Origin: Pseudomonas aeruginosa PAO1
GTDB lineage: Bacteria; Pseudomonadota; Gammaproteobacteria; Pseudomonadales; Pseudomonadaceae
Reading direction: 5' to 3' (one strand)
DNA: 64,000 nt
Assembly (NCBI RefSeq): GCF_000006765.1
Contig: NC_002516.2
A program made the position numbers and the translations under genes. The notes beneath the pieces were generated by a model, which saw nothing but the letters and a program-made list of their open reading frames with translations, was not told where the DNA came from and made no database searches. Of the stretch, positions 16,799 to 25,994 are shown one piece after another (position 1 is the stretch's first letter; each line of letters opens with the position of its first letter).

Positions 16799-17566
16799 AT
16801 GCTGACCATCGACTACAACAGCTATCGCACCACTACCCCCTACGGCAAACGCGTGCGCTTCCTGGTGCTGCACTACACCGCGCTCGACTTCGCCGCCTCG
16901 GTCAAGGCGCTGACCACCGGCGCCGCCAGCGCCCACTACCTGATCCCGGCGCCGCACGACCCCAGCTACAAGGCCGCCGGCTTCAAGGGCCAGCGCATCT
17001 TCAACCTGGTCGCCGAGGAAGACCGCGCCTGGCACGCCGGCGTCAGCGGCTGGGCGCGCCGCGACAACCTCAACGACACCTCCATCGGCATCGAGATCGT
17101 CAACCTCGCCCGCGACGACGACGGCGTGTTCACCTTCCCCGACTACGAGCGCTCGCAGATCAACGCACTCAAGCAACTGGCGAAGAACATCCTGCAGCGC
17201 TACCCGGACATGACCCCGAAGAACGTGGTCGGCCACTCCGACATCGCCGTCGGGCGCAAGTCCGACCCGGGTCCGAAGCTGCCCTGGAAGGAACTCTACG
17301 AGGCCGGTATCGGCGCCTGGTATGACGACGCCACCCGCGATCGCTATCGCGAAGGCTTCGAGCGCGACGGCCTGCCGCCGCGCGCCGACCTGCTGGAGGC
17401 GTTCCGCCTGTACGGCTATGCGCTGCCGGCGACGGTCGACGACGCCTACTTCGCCAGCCTGCTGCGCGCCTTCCAGATGCATTTCCGCCCGGAGAACTAC
17501 GACGGCGCGCTGGATGTGGAGACGGCGGCGATCCTCTACGCTCTGAACGAGAAATACCCGGCCTGA
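16799..17566 (+). CDS. ampDh3: Zn-dependent N-acetylmuramoyl-L-alanine amidase AmpDh3 (PA0807)
   Basis: 255 aa from ATG after AGGTGA; FLVLHYT, SAHYLI, RAWHAGVS, SIGIEIVN and VGHSDIAVGRKSDPG motifs. Confidence 0.96.
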   Translation: MLTIDYNSYRTTTPYGKRVRFLVLHYTALDFAASVKALTTGAASAHYLIPAPHDPSYKAAGFKGQRIFNLVAEEDRAWHAGVSGWARRDNLNDTSIGIEIVNLARDDDGVFTFPDYERSQINALKQLAKNILQRYPDMTPKNVVGHSDIAVGRKSDPGPKLPWKELYEAGIGAWYDDATRDRYREGFERDGLPPRADLLEAFRLYGYALPATVDDAYFASLLRAFQMHFRPENYDGALDVETAAILYALNEKYPA

Positions 17567-17634
17567 GCCATTCACCGCGAGCGGCCGCTCGATGCGGCGG
17601 CCGCTTCCTTGCCCACCCCCATGGAGGACTTGCC

Positions 17635-18108
17635 ATGAATGCCGTCGCACAGGTCGTCGCCAAGGCGGAAATGCTGATCCGCCGCCCCATCGCCGAGGTC
17701 TTCGAAGCCTTCGTCGATCCGGCCATCACCGCCAGGTTCTGGTTCAGCCGCGGCGATGCCCGCCTCGAAGCCGGGAAACGGCTGCGCTGGCACTGGGACA
17801 TGTACGGGGTTTCCCAGGAAATCGAAGTGAAGGACCTGCAGACGAACCGCCGCATCCTCATCGAATGGCCGAATGGCGACAGCAACCCTTCCCAGGTGGA
17901 GTGGCTGTTCGAGGAACTGCCCGGCGCCGGGACCTTCGTCAGCATCCGCAACAGCGGTTTCGTCGGCACCCCGGAAGAGGTCATCCCGCGGGTGGTCGAC
18001 GCCACCGAAGGTTTCACCCTGGTGCTGGCCGGGCTCAAGGCCTGCCTGGAGCATGGCATCGCCTTGAACCTGGTGGCCGACCGTTTTCCCCGCGGTCTCG
18101 ATGGCTGA
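17635..18108 (+). CDS. SRPBCC/AHSA1-like START-fold protein (PA0808)
   Basis: 157 aa; MLIRRPIAEVFEAFVDPAITARFWF ... GFTLVLAGLKACLEHG; GGAGGA RBS. Confidence 0.88.
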   Translation: MNAVAQVVAKAEMLIRRPIAEVFEAFVDPAITARFWFSRGDARLEAGKRLRWHWDMYGVSQEIEVKDLQTNRRILIEWPNGDSNPSQVEWLFEELPGAGTFVSIRNSGFVGTPEEVIPRVVDATEGFTLVLAGLKACLEHGIALNLVADRFPRGLDG

Positions 18109-18159
18109 GCATTGCCTGAGTGCGCGTCCCGCACCGCGCAGCGTGCCCTCAGGCAATGC

Positions 18160-19476
18160 TCAGCCGAACGCGAAGTCGGCCAGCAGTTGCAGGTTCAGGC
18201 CGACGATCGCCAGCGCTACCGCCCAGGCCAGCCACCGGGTCCCGGCACCGATCGCCAGCGGGCCCATCAGGCGCCGGTCGGAAACGAACTGTAGCAGCGG
18301 GATCACTGCCAGCGGCAACTGCATCGACAGGATCACCTGGCTGAAGATCAGCAGCCGCGCGGTGCCATCCTCGCCGTAGAGCAGGGTCACCAGCAGCACC
18401 GGCAGCACTGCGACGCCACGGGTCAGCAGGCGCCGCGCCCAGGGCGCCAGGCGCAGGCGGAGGAAGCCCTCCATGACGATCTGCCCGGCCAGGGTGGTGG
18501 TGACCGTCGAGTTGAGGCCGGACGCGAGCAGCGCCACGGCGAACAGCAGCGAGGCGAGTTCCAGGCCGAGCAATGGCGAGAGCAGCGCGTGGGCCTGCTC
18601 GATATCGACCACCTCGGTGTGCCCGTTGCGGTGGAACACGCTGGCGGCGACGATCAGGATCGCCGCGTTGACCAGCAGCGCCAGGGTCAGCGCCAGGCTG
18701 CTGTCGGCCACCGCCCAGCGCAGCGCCTTGCGCTTGCCGGCAAGGCTGCGCGGGTAGGCGCGGCTCTGCACCAGCGAGGAATGCAGGTAGAGGTTGTGCG
18801 GCATGACGGTCGCGCCGACGATGCCGATCGCCAGGTACAGGGCAGCCGGGTCGCTGAGCACCCGCGGGCTCGGCAAGAACCCTTGGAGCACCTCGCCGAG
18901 TTCGGGACGCGAGAGCAGCAACTGTACCGCGAAGCAGGCGAAGATCAGTGTCAGCAACGCCACCACGAAGGCCTCCAGCGGCCGCTGGCCACGTCCGATC
19001 AGGACCAGCACCAGCAGCGCGTCGCCCACGCAGAGCAAGGCGCCCCAGGCCAGCGGCAGGCCGAACAGCAGCTTCAGGGCGATGGCGGTGCCGATCACCT
19101 CGGCCAGGTCGCAGGCGATGATCGCCGTCTCGCAGGCCAGCCACAGCAGGCGGCAGGTGCTCGGCGAGTAGCGTTCGCGGCAGGCCTGGGCCAGGTCCAG
19201 GCCGCTGGCGATGCCCAGGCGCGCGGACAGCGCCTGCAGCAGCATCGCCATCAGGCTGGAGAGCAGGATTACCGAGAGCAGCAGGTAGCCCAGTTGCGCG
19301 CCGCCGGCGACGTCGGTGGCCCAGTTGCCCGGGTCCATGTAGCCCACCGCGACCAGGTAGCCGGGGCCGGCGAAGGCCAGCAGGCGGCGCCACCAGTGGC
19401 CGCCGCCGGGGACTTCGACCGGCTGGGCGCGACCGGGCTCGGCGGCCTGGGGGGCCGGGGTATCCTTCGCGGACAT
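18160..19476 (-). CDS. mntH1: Nramp-family Mn2+/Fe2+ transporter (PA0809)
   Basis: 438 aa; [26 protein letters not shown] and GQIVMEGFL signatures. Confidence 0.94.
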
Positions 19477-19582
19477 GACGAAGCTCCTGCCGGATGCGTG
19501 CCGGCGCTGCGCGCGCCTTTCCCGGCGCGCCGTGGCGCGCGGGTTGGGCGAGCGGTTCAGGGGGCAGGAAGGAGGAAGTCGG

Positions 19583-20284
19583 TCAGGCCGAGGCCGCCAG
19601 TTGCCGGTGCAGGTCCAGCAGGTCGCTGGCGATCAGGTCCCAGTCCTGCTCGGCGGCGAGGTCCTGGGACTGGCCGGGGCCGTATTCCAACGGCCGGGCG
19701 ATGAACGCGGTCTTCAGGCCGAGGGCGCGCGCGGCCTTGAGGTCGTAGTTGTGCGCCGCGCAGAGCATCACCTCCTGCGGCGGCAGGTCGAGCAGGCGGC
19801 AGGCGCCGAGGTAGACCTGCGGGTCGGGCTTGTAGTGGCCGAACAGGTCGGCGCACAGCAGCATGTCCCAGGGCAGCCCGGCGTGCCGCGCGACGTCGAG
19901 CATCAGCGCGGTGTTGCCGTTGCTCAGCGCGGCGAGCCAGTAGTCGGCCTTCAGCGCATGCATCCCGGCGAGCGTGTCCGGCCACGGCCGCAGGCGGTGC
20001 CAGAAGCCAGTGATACGTTGCAGCAGGGCCTCGTCCAGCGCCAGGCCGAACTCTCCGGCCAGGGCCTCGAGACTCTGCCGGTGCAACTGGTCGAGGTGCT
20101 GCCAGGGCGCCTGGCCGTTGCGTACCCGGTCCATCGCCGGCTTGTATTGCTGGCGCCAGCGGTCGGTCAGTTCCACGCAGGGCAGGGTCCCGCCGAGTTC
20201 GCGCTCCAACGCCTGGAACTGCTCGATCAGGCTGGAACGCCAGTCCACCAGGGTACCGAACACATCGAACAGGATCGCGCGCAT
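19583..20284 (-). CDS. HAD-superfamily hydrolase, type II haloacid dehalogenase-like (PA0810)
   Basis: 233 aa; [22 protein letters not shown] and CAAHNYDL motifs. Confidence 0.92.
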
Positions 20285-20314
20285 CGTGCCTCCTCGGCCG
20301 TGGCCGTCATCGCT

Positions 20315-21562
20315 TCAGTGCTTCTGTGGCAGCGCCGTGGGCAGGCCGCGGCCGCTCCAGGCAGTGACCACAAGGGCTACCGCCGCCATCAGGCAGAGTG
20401 CCAGCCAGCCGGGGACGAAGCTGTGGCTGAAGTCCTTGAGCAGCCCCAGCGCCGGCGGCGCGAGAACGATCGCCAGCTGGTTGATGGCCATCGCCAGGCC
20501 GAGGGCGAAGCCGGTCTTGCCGACCGGCGCGGTATCCGCCACATAGGCCACCCAGGGACCGTACCAGCCGAAGCCGAAGAAGCCCAGCCAGGCCACTACC
20601 AGGCCCATCCCCAACGGTGATTGCAGGGGCAGCAGGACCAGCGCCAGCAGGCCGAGGATCACCGCGCCGAGGCAGACCATCACCGGGAAGTAGCGCCCGG
20701 CGCGGCAGCGGTCGCTCCAGGCGGCCAGCAGGATGCGCCCGGCGACGCCGCTGCCCTGGGCGACGAACAGCAGGGTCGCGGCCATGCCGATGCCGATCTC
20801 CAGGGTCTCGTGCAGGTAGAGTACGGTGAACACCAGGATGCCGTACTGCACCGAGATCAGCGCCACCCCGGAACAGACGATGTTCTTCATCGCCGGGTCG
20901 GTGATCATCGCCAGCCGCGACTTCACCACCGCGCCCAGGTCGCGTTCGGCGGGGTTCGCGCCGGGCGCCGGGGCGTCCGGCGGGGTGCGGTAGAAGAGCA
21001 TGAAGGCCAGCGCGCCGAGGAACGCCACCAGGCCGCCGGCGAGGAACGCGCTGCGCCAGCCGTAGACTCCCGCCAGGTACGGCAGCAGCGCGGCGGACAG
21101 CGCGCCGCCCAGCGGCAGCCCGGCCTGGCGGATGCCCATGGCGAAGCCCAGCTGGGTCTTGGCGAACCAGCGCGACACCGACTTGCTGCCGCCCGGCTGC
21201 GCCGTGCTGTAGCCGGCGCCGACGACCACCAGGAACAGCAGGATGGTCAGGTAGTCGGTGGCCCACAGCGAGGCGCAGAGGGCCAGCGCGACGATCAGCG
21301 TGCCGAGGCCGACCACCAGCCGTTCGGAGTAGCGGTCGAGCAGCTCGCCGGCCACCAGCAGGCCGACGATCGGCACCAGCTGCGCCGCCGACACCAGCAG
21401 GCCGATCTGTAGCGACGAGAGTTGCAGGTCGTTCTGGACGAACACGGCGATCGCGCCGATGCCCTGGACGAAGAAGCAGGCGCAGGCCTGGGCGAAGGTG
21501 GCGATCAGCAGGATGACCCAGCGGTAGCGCTGGGTCGGGTTCGCGGCGAGGGCGGCGGTCAC
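20315..21562 (-). CDS. MFS transporter (PA0811)
   Basis: 415 aa, about 12 TM segments; GELLDRYSER motif A variant; GTG start overlaps the stop of the upstream gene. Confidence 0.92.
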   Translation of the reverse strand: MTAALAANPTQRYRWVILLIATFAQACACFFVQGIGAIAVFVQNDLQLSSLQIGLLVSAAQLVPIVGLLVAGELLDRYSERLVVGLGTLIVALALCASLWATDYLTILLFLVVVGAGYSTAQPGGSKSVSRWFAKTQLGFAMGIRQAGLPLGGALSAALLPYLAGVYGWRSAFLAGGLVAFLGALAFMLFYRTPPDAPAPGANPAERDLGAVVKSRLAMITDPAMKNIVCSGVALISVQYGILVFTVLYLHETLEIGIGMAATLLFVAQGSGVAGRILLAAWSDRCRAGRYFPVMVCLGAVILGLLALVLLPLQSPLGMGLVVAWLGFFGFGWYGPWVAYVADTAPVGKTGFALGLAMAINQLAIVLAPPALGLLKDFSHSFVPGWLALCLMAAVALVVTAWSGRGLPTALPQKH

Positions 21563-22854
21563 TGGACGAACTCCCGTGCGAGGGTGAAGTTGGCTTCGCC
21601 GAGCGGATGCAGGCGCTGCAGCGACAGGTATTCGCCGAGGGTGCGTTCCATGCCCATGCGCTGGAAGATCCGTTCGCCGTCGAGCTCGGCCTCGGCGCCG
21701 TTGGCGCGCAGTTCGTCGAGAGCCTGGCGCAGCAGCTGGCAGTTGTCGCTGAGCGTCACCCGGCCGTCATCGTCCACCGCGTAGGGCGTGTCCTCCATGC
21801 CGACCCGCAGCACGTCGACCTGGCTGTCCGCCTGCGCGGCATAGGCGGCCAGCCGGCGCACCGCGCAGAGCGGGGTGCCGGCACGAGGGCCGACGTCGAG
21901 CGGCCGGAAGTGCTGCGCGGCATGCTGCGGCATCACTGCCGCGCCGACCGTGATGCTGACCTTGCGCTTGCGCACGCAGGGTTCGCCGATGTCGTACTCC
22001 AGGCTCTTGGCGCTCTCGATCACCGCGCGGAACTGCTGGTAGGTTTCCGGGAACGGCAGGCGTGGCGAGAAGCCGAACAGCAGGATCACGTTCAACTGGC
22101 CGGAATCGCCCAGGCGCAGGCGCGGGTGCTCCACGGCGAAACGGGTCATGGCGTAGCTGCGCACATGCTGCACCCACTCCACCTCGTGGAACAGGCCGAG
22201 CTTCTGGCGCGCCTGGATGGCGTTGCGGTAGACCTGGAACTGGGTCATCGGCGAGGTCACCCCGTAGTCGGCGCCCTTGCTGGTGGAGTGGGTCTGCAAC
22301 TCGGCCTTTTCCAGCGCCGTGGACGGCTGGTAGTCGCGCAGGTCGGCGAGGAAAGCCGGGCTCGAGGCATAGTCGAGGTCGAGCTTGCGCCTTTGCTTCT
22401 CCAGCTCGCAGATCACCTGCAATTCGATGGCCGCCTGGATCGTCACGAAGTGCGCACCACCCAGGTGCAGCGGGATGGCGCAGTGGCTGACCCGCTCCCA
22501 CTCGCCGAAGCGGCGGATGTTCTCCTGCACCTCGCTGCCGTTGCGGCTGGCGCCGAAGCTCAGCATCAGGTCGGGGAAGCGGTTCTGCAGGGCGCGGCTG
22601 ACCGCCTGGTAGATGTCGTTGTCGGTGGTCTGTTCCTGGGTCAGCGGGTTGCGCGCGTGATAGTGGTAGTAGCGGCAACCCATCTCGTAGAGCTGGCGCG
22701 CTTCGTCCAGCAGTTCGCCGGGGGCGGTGCGGATGGTGGCGCCGGTGCAGATGCTGTCGAGTAGGCGGTCGCCGGTGGCGGCGTGGTTGCGCGGGGTGAA
22801 CTTGGCGCCGGTGGAGGCGCATCCGAGAATCAGGGTTTTCCGGGATCCGGTCAT
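21559..22854 (-). CDS. Beta-keto acid cleavage enzyme (BKACE/DUF849, KCE-like) (PA0812)
   Basis: 431 aa from ATG after GGAGG; ILGCASTGAK resembles the ITxAxTG family start, YYHYHAR gives the HxH metal site, and RVGMEDT resembles RVGLEDN. Confidence 0.8.
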   Translation of the reverse strand: MTGSRKTLILGCASTGAKFTPRNHAATGDRLLDSICTGATIRTAPGELLDEARQLYEMGCRYYHYHARNPLTQEQTTDNDIYQAVSRALQNRFPDLMLSFGASRNGSEVQENIRRFGEWERVSHCAIPLHLGGAHFVTIQAAIELQVICELEKQRRKLDLDYASSPAFLADLRDYQPSTALEKAELQTHSTSKGADYGVTSPMTQFQVYRNAIQARQKLGLFHEVEWVQHVRSYAMTRFAVEHPRLRLGDSGQLNVILLFGFSPRLPFPETYQQFRAVIESAKSLEYDIGEPCVRKRKVSITVGAAVMPQHAAQHFRPLDVGPRAGTPLCAVRRLAAYAAQADSQVDVLRVGMEDTPYAVDDDGRVTLSDNCQLLRQALDELRANGAEAELDGERIFQRMGMERTLGEYLSLQRLHPLGEANFTLAREFVQ

Positions 22855-23067
22855 GGTCGTCTTTCCTCCATTCATCATTCCATTGAGGGCGGAGCGGTCC
22901 GCGGCGGACCGAAAGGCTGCCCAGGGCGTCGAAAGTCGTCGGTGTCTCAGGCAGGTGAAAGATGTCGCTGGCGGGATCGTTATGCGTTGTTCTACGAGAG
23001 GGATTTAAACCGCATGGCGGCGGCCGTGCGCGGCGCATTCGGCAACGCTCGTTGCCGCCGGCACAAA

Positions 23068-23139
23068 GACCTTGCGCAAATCGCCCGGCGTTGCGCCAAC
23101 GCCGGCACGGCGGCGCAACGTTGCCATTCGCGCAAGGTC
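23068..23139. repeat. Nested inverted repeats forming a long stem-loop
   Basis: GACCTTGCGC (23068-77) / GCGCAAGGTC (23130-39); CGTTGCGCC (23089-97) / GGCGCAACG (23112-20); GCCG/CGGC innermost. Starts 3 nt after the PA0813 stop. Confidence 0.7.
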
Positions 23140-23141
23140 GC

Positions 23142-24389
23142 TCAACTGGCGGCGCGCTGTCGCAGACAATCCTCCAGGGCCTCGCCGAGGCGCTCGATCT
23201 CGCCGTCGTCGGTCAGGTAGTGCGGAGTCAGGCGCAGGACCCCCGGCAGCGCCTGCTCGCGCAGCGCCCAGCGGGCATACTGCGGGCCGATGTAGGAGGC
23301 GTTCACGCCGCGCGCGTGGAGGCGCTTCAGCCATTGCTCGCCGCTCAGTTCGGGGGCCGCGTAGGTCATCAACGCGCTGGCGTGCGGCCCTTGTTCCAGC
23401 GGCGTCCAGCCGAGCCGGCGGTAGAGCTGCTGGGCGATGCGTTCGCGCAACTGGCGGTTGCGTCGGGCGATGCGCCGGACATCGGTCTGCAACAGGTAGT
23501 CGCAACTGGCCTTGAGCGCCAGGCGCAGCCCCGGGTTGAACTCCGAGCATTCGAAGCGCCGCGCGTCATCCCGCGCCTGCAAGGCGAAGGCGTCGCTCCA
23601 TTGCGCGCCGCCGACGTCCAGCCCGTCGGGCAGGGCCAGGCGCTCCAGGGCACGTTCGCCGAGATAGAGCACGCCGAGTCCCTTTGGCCCGCGCAGCCAC
23701 TTGCGTGGCGGGAACACCAGCACGTCGCAGCCGGTCGCCTCCACCGCCAGCGGCAACTGGCCGACCGCATGGCTGGCATCGAGGAAGAACAGCCCGTCAT
23801 GGGCGCGGATGCGCTCGGCCACGCCCTCCAGCGCGGTAGCCGCGCCATGCCCGGTGGGCACCGCGCTGAGCGACAGCAGCGGCGTCTGGCCGGGGGCGAG
23901 GTCGTGCAACTGCTCGTCAAGCCGTTGCAACAGCTGTGCGGCGTCGCCGCGTGCGTCGATCAGGCGCAGCTCCAGCCCGCGCTGCTGGCGCGCGGCGAGC
24001 AGGCACAGGCTGTTGGAACCGTATTCGTCGAAGCTGCTGATCGCCCGTATCCGTGGATGGGCGGCCAGGGCCGCGGCAAAGGCCACCGACCATGCGCGGC
24101 TGGCGCAGTCGAGCAGGGCGATGTGCCGTGGCTGGGTGCCGAGCACTCGCGCGACGCTGTCGCGGACCGCCAGCAAGGGCTCGGCGAAATGCTCGGCGGC
24201 GCGCTGCACGCCCCAGCGCCGCTCGGCTTCCAGCCAGCTGTCGAGGGCCTCGTAGAGCACCTGCGGCGGCAGACTGGCGGAGCCGTGGGCGAAGTGCGCG
24301 TAGCTGCCCCAGGCCGGGGTCTCGCGGCGCAGGCGCAGCAGTTCGTCGGCACCGAAGGCGTCGGGGGCGGCGGGGAAGAGCGCGCTCAT
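23142..24389 (-). CDS. PLP-dependent aminotransferase class V / C-S lyase-like enzyme (PA0813)
   Basis: 415 aa from ATG overlapping the Rid stop (ATGA); FFLDASHAVGQ and PRKWLRGPKGLG (PLP lysine) motifs. Confidence 0.88.
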   Translation of the reverse strand: MSALFPAAPDAFGADELLRLRRETPAWGSYAHFAHGSASLPPQVLYEALDSWLEAERRWGVQRAAEHFAEPLLAVRDSVARVLGTQPRHIALLDCASRAWSVAFAAALAAHPRIRAISSFDEYGSNSLCLLAARQQRGLELRLIDARGDAAQLLQRLDEQLHDLAPGQTPLLSLSAVPTGHGAATALEGVAERIRAHDGLFFLDASHAVGQLPLAVEATGCDVLVFPPRKWLRGPKGLGVLYLGERALERLALPDGLDVGGAQWSDAFALQARDDARRFECSEFNPGLRLALKASCDYLLQTDVRRIARRNRQLRERIAQQLYRRLGWTPLEQGPHASALMTYAAPELSGEQWLKRLHARGVNASYIGPQYARWALREQALPGVLRLTPHYLTDDGEIERLGEALEDCLRQRAAS

Positions 24390-24820
24390 GGCCGCACCGC
24401 CGCGATCAGTTCCACCTCCACCGCGGCGCCGCGCGGCAGCTCGGCCACGCCGACGGCGGCGCGGGCGTGGCCGCCGCGCGCGCCGAGCACCTCGTCGAAA
24501 TACTCGCTGGCGGCATCGATCACCGCCGGCTGCTGGACGAAACCCGCCGCGCTGGCGACGTAGCCGGTCACCTTGAGCAGCCGCTCGACCCGTTGCAGGC
24601 CGCCCAGCGCCTCCTCCAGCGCCAGCAGGCAGCACGCCGCGCAGAGCCGGGCGGCCTGGCGGGCCTGTTCCAGGTCGAGTTCGCTGCCGACCTTGCCGGT
24701 CCAGCGCAGCTCGCCGTGCTGGCGCGGCAACTGGCCGCTGACGTAGGCGATGCCGGCGTGGAGCACCACCGGCTGGTAGGCGCCGCCGGCGACGATGGCC
24801 GGAGCGGGGGATGTCTGCAT
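24386..24820 (-). CDS. Rid (YjgF/YER057c/UK114) family imine deaminase-like protein (PA0814)
   Basis: 144 aa; AYVSGQLP, LKVTGYVAS, HARAAVGVAELPRGAAVEVE with the conserved Arg and Glu. Confidence 0.9.
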   Translation of the reverse strand: MQTSPAPAIVAGGAYQPVVLHAGIAYVSGQLPRQHGELRWTGKVGSELDLEQARQAARLCAACCLLALEEALGGLQRVERLLKVTGYVASAAGFVQQPAVIDAASEYFDEVLGARGGHARAAVGVAELPRGAAVEVELIAAVRP

Positions 24821-24943
24821 GGTCCTGTCCTCGTGGCGGACCCGCCCGGCCACGATGCTCGGGCGGGTCGATGGCTGGAAAAGCGCGACCTCACTACTGT
24901 GGGCCGGTTTTCCCGGTCTGTTTTGCGGGAGTCGACGAGCTGC

Positions 24944-24958
24944 TTGCCAAATCGGCAA
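24944..24958. promoter_or_regulatory. LysR recognition site (T-N11-A)
   Basis: TTGCC-AAATC-GGCAA dyad between divergent PA0814 and the LysR gene, about 80 nt before the LysR ATG. Confidence 0.6.
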
Positions 24959-25040
24959 AACAAACCGAACTTTAGCCTTGCAACAGGCACCGCCGCGCGA
25001 AGTAGACTGAAAACGCCCGACCGTTGAGGAACGCGCAACG

Positions 25041-25994
25041 ATGATCGACCTGGTGATGCTCAAGGACTTCCTCGTCCTCTGTCGGATCAAGAGCTTCAGC
25101 CGTGCGGCGCAGGAGTGCCATGTCTCCGTGTCCGGGTTGAGCCGGCGTATCCAGACCCTGGAACAGTGGCTCGGTGCACCGGTGTTCGAGCGCCACAAGC
25201 ACGCCCTCGAACTGACCGAGGCCGGCCGCCAGTTGCAAGGCGTGGCGCAGGACGCGGTGCGCGCCCTGGACAACCTGCGCCAGTCGATCCGCGAGCGCGA
25301 CGAAGACGCCCAGCGGCGCATCCGTTTCTGCGCCCCGCACATCCTCTCCTCGGTGTTTTTCCCGCACTGGATTCCGCGTCTGCAGGCGGACTTCCGCAGC
25401 GCCAAGTTCAGCGTCGACTGCGATTACCTGCCGCAATGCCTGTCGCGCCTGCGCGACGGCTCGGTGGACTACGTGGTGGCGTTGCTCGACGAAGGCGAGG
25501 CGGTGTCGCGCCGCCTGGGCATCGACAGCGAAGCCGAGTTCCAGCGCCTGGAGCTTGGTCACGAACAACTGGTGGCGGTCTGCGCGCCGGACGCCGCCGG
25601 CCAGCCGCTGTTCAACCTCGACCGCCTGCAGACCGAAGCGCTGTCGTTCCTCGGCTACTCCGAGGAATGCCACCTGGGCTGGGCCCTGGAACCGCTGCTG
25701 CGCGACAGCGGCCTGTTCCTCCAGCGCCATCACAGCTCCAGCCAGACCGAGGGGCTGCGCTTCTTCGCCCAGTCGCGTCTGGGCGTCGCCTGGCTGCCGC
25801 ATACCCTGGTCCGCGAGGACCTCGCCAGCCGTCGCCTGGTGCGCGCCGGCGGCCAGCGCTTCGACGTGCCGTTGCGCTACACCCTGATCCGTCGCCGCCT
25901 GCCGCTACCCGGCGAGGCCGAACGCCTGTGGACCTTCCTCGGCGAGCTGGCGCGCCCGGCGCCGCGCTATGCGGTGGTCGGCGCGGCCTCCTGA
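25041..25994 (+). CDS. LysR-family transcriptional regulator (PA0815)
   Basis: 317 aa; HTH SFSRAAQECHVSVSGLSRRIQTLEQWLG; divergent from the Rid gene. Confidence 0.93.
   Translation: MIDLVMLKDFLVLCRIKSFSRAAQECHVSVSGLSRRIQTLEQWLGAPVFERHKHALELTEAGRQLQGVAQDAVRALDNLRQSIRERDEDAQRRIRFCAPHILSSVFFPHWIPRLQADFRSAKFSVDCDYLPQCLSRLRDGSVDYVVALLDEGEAVSRRLGIDSEAEFQRLELGHEQLVAVCAPDAAGQPLFNLDRLQTEALSFLGYSEECHLGWALEPLLRDSGLFLQRHHSSSQTEGLRFFAQSRLGVAWLPHTLVREDLASRRLVRAGGQRFDVPLRYTLIRRRLPLPGEAERLWTFLGELARPAPRYAVVGAAS

Noticed and set aside
23030-23130. Possible sigma54 promoter among GGCA...TTGC motifs
   Set aside because: GG-to-GC spacings checked were 11 or 12 nt or far too short, not the required 10; the motifs are explained by hairpin arms.
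24821-25405. N-terminal extension of the Rid ORF to 339 aa
   Set aside because: Overlaps the divergent LysR gene; the Rid domain starts at ATG 24820.
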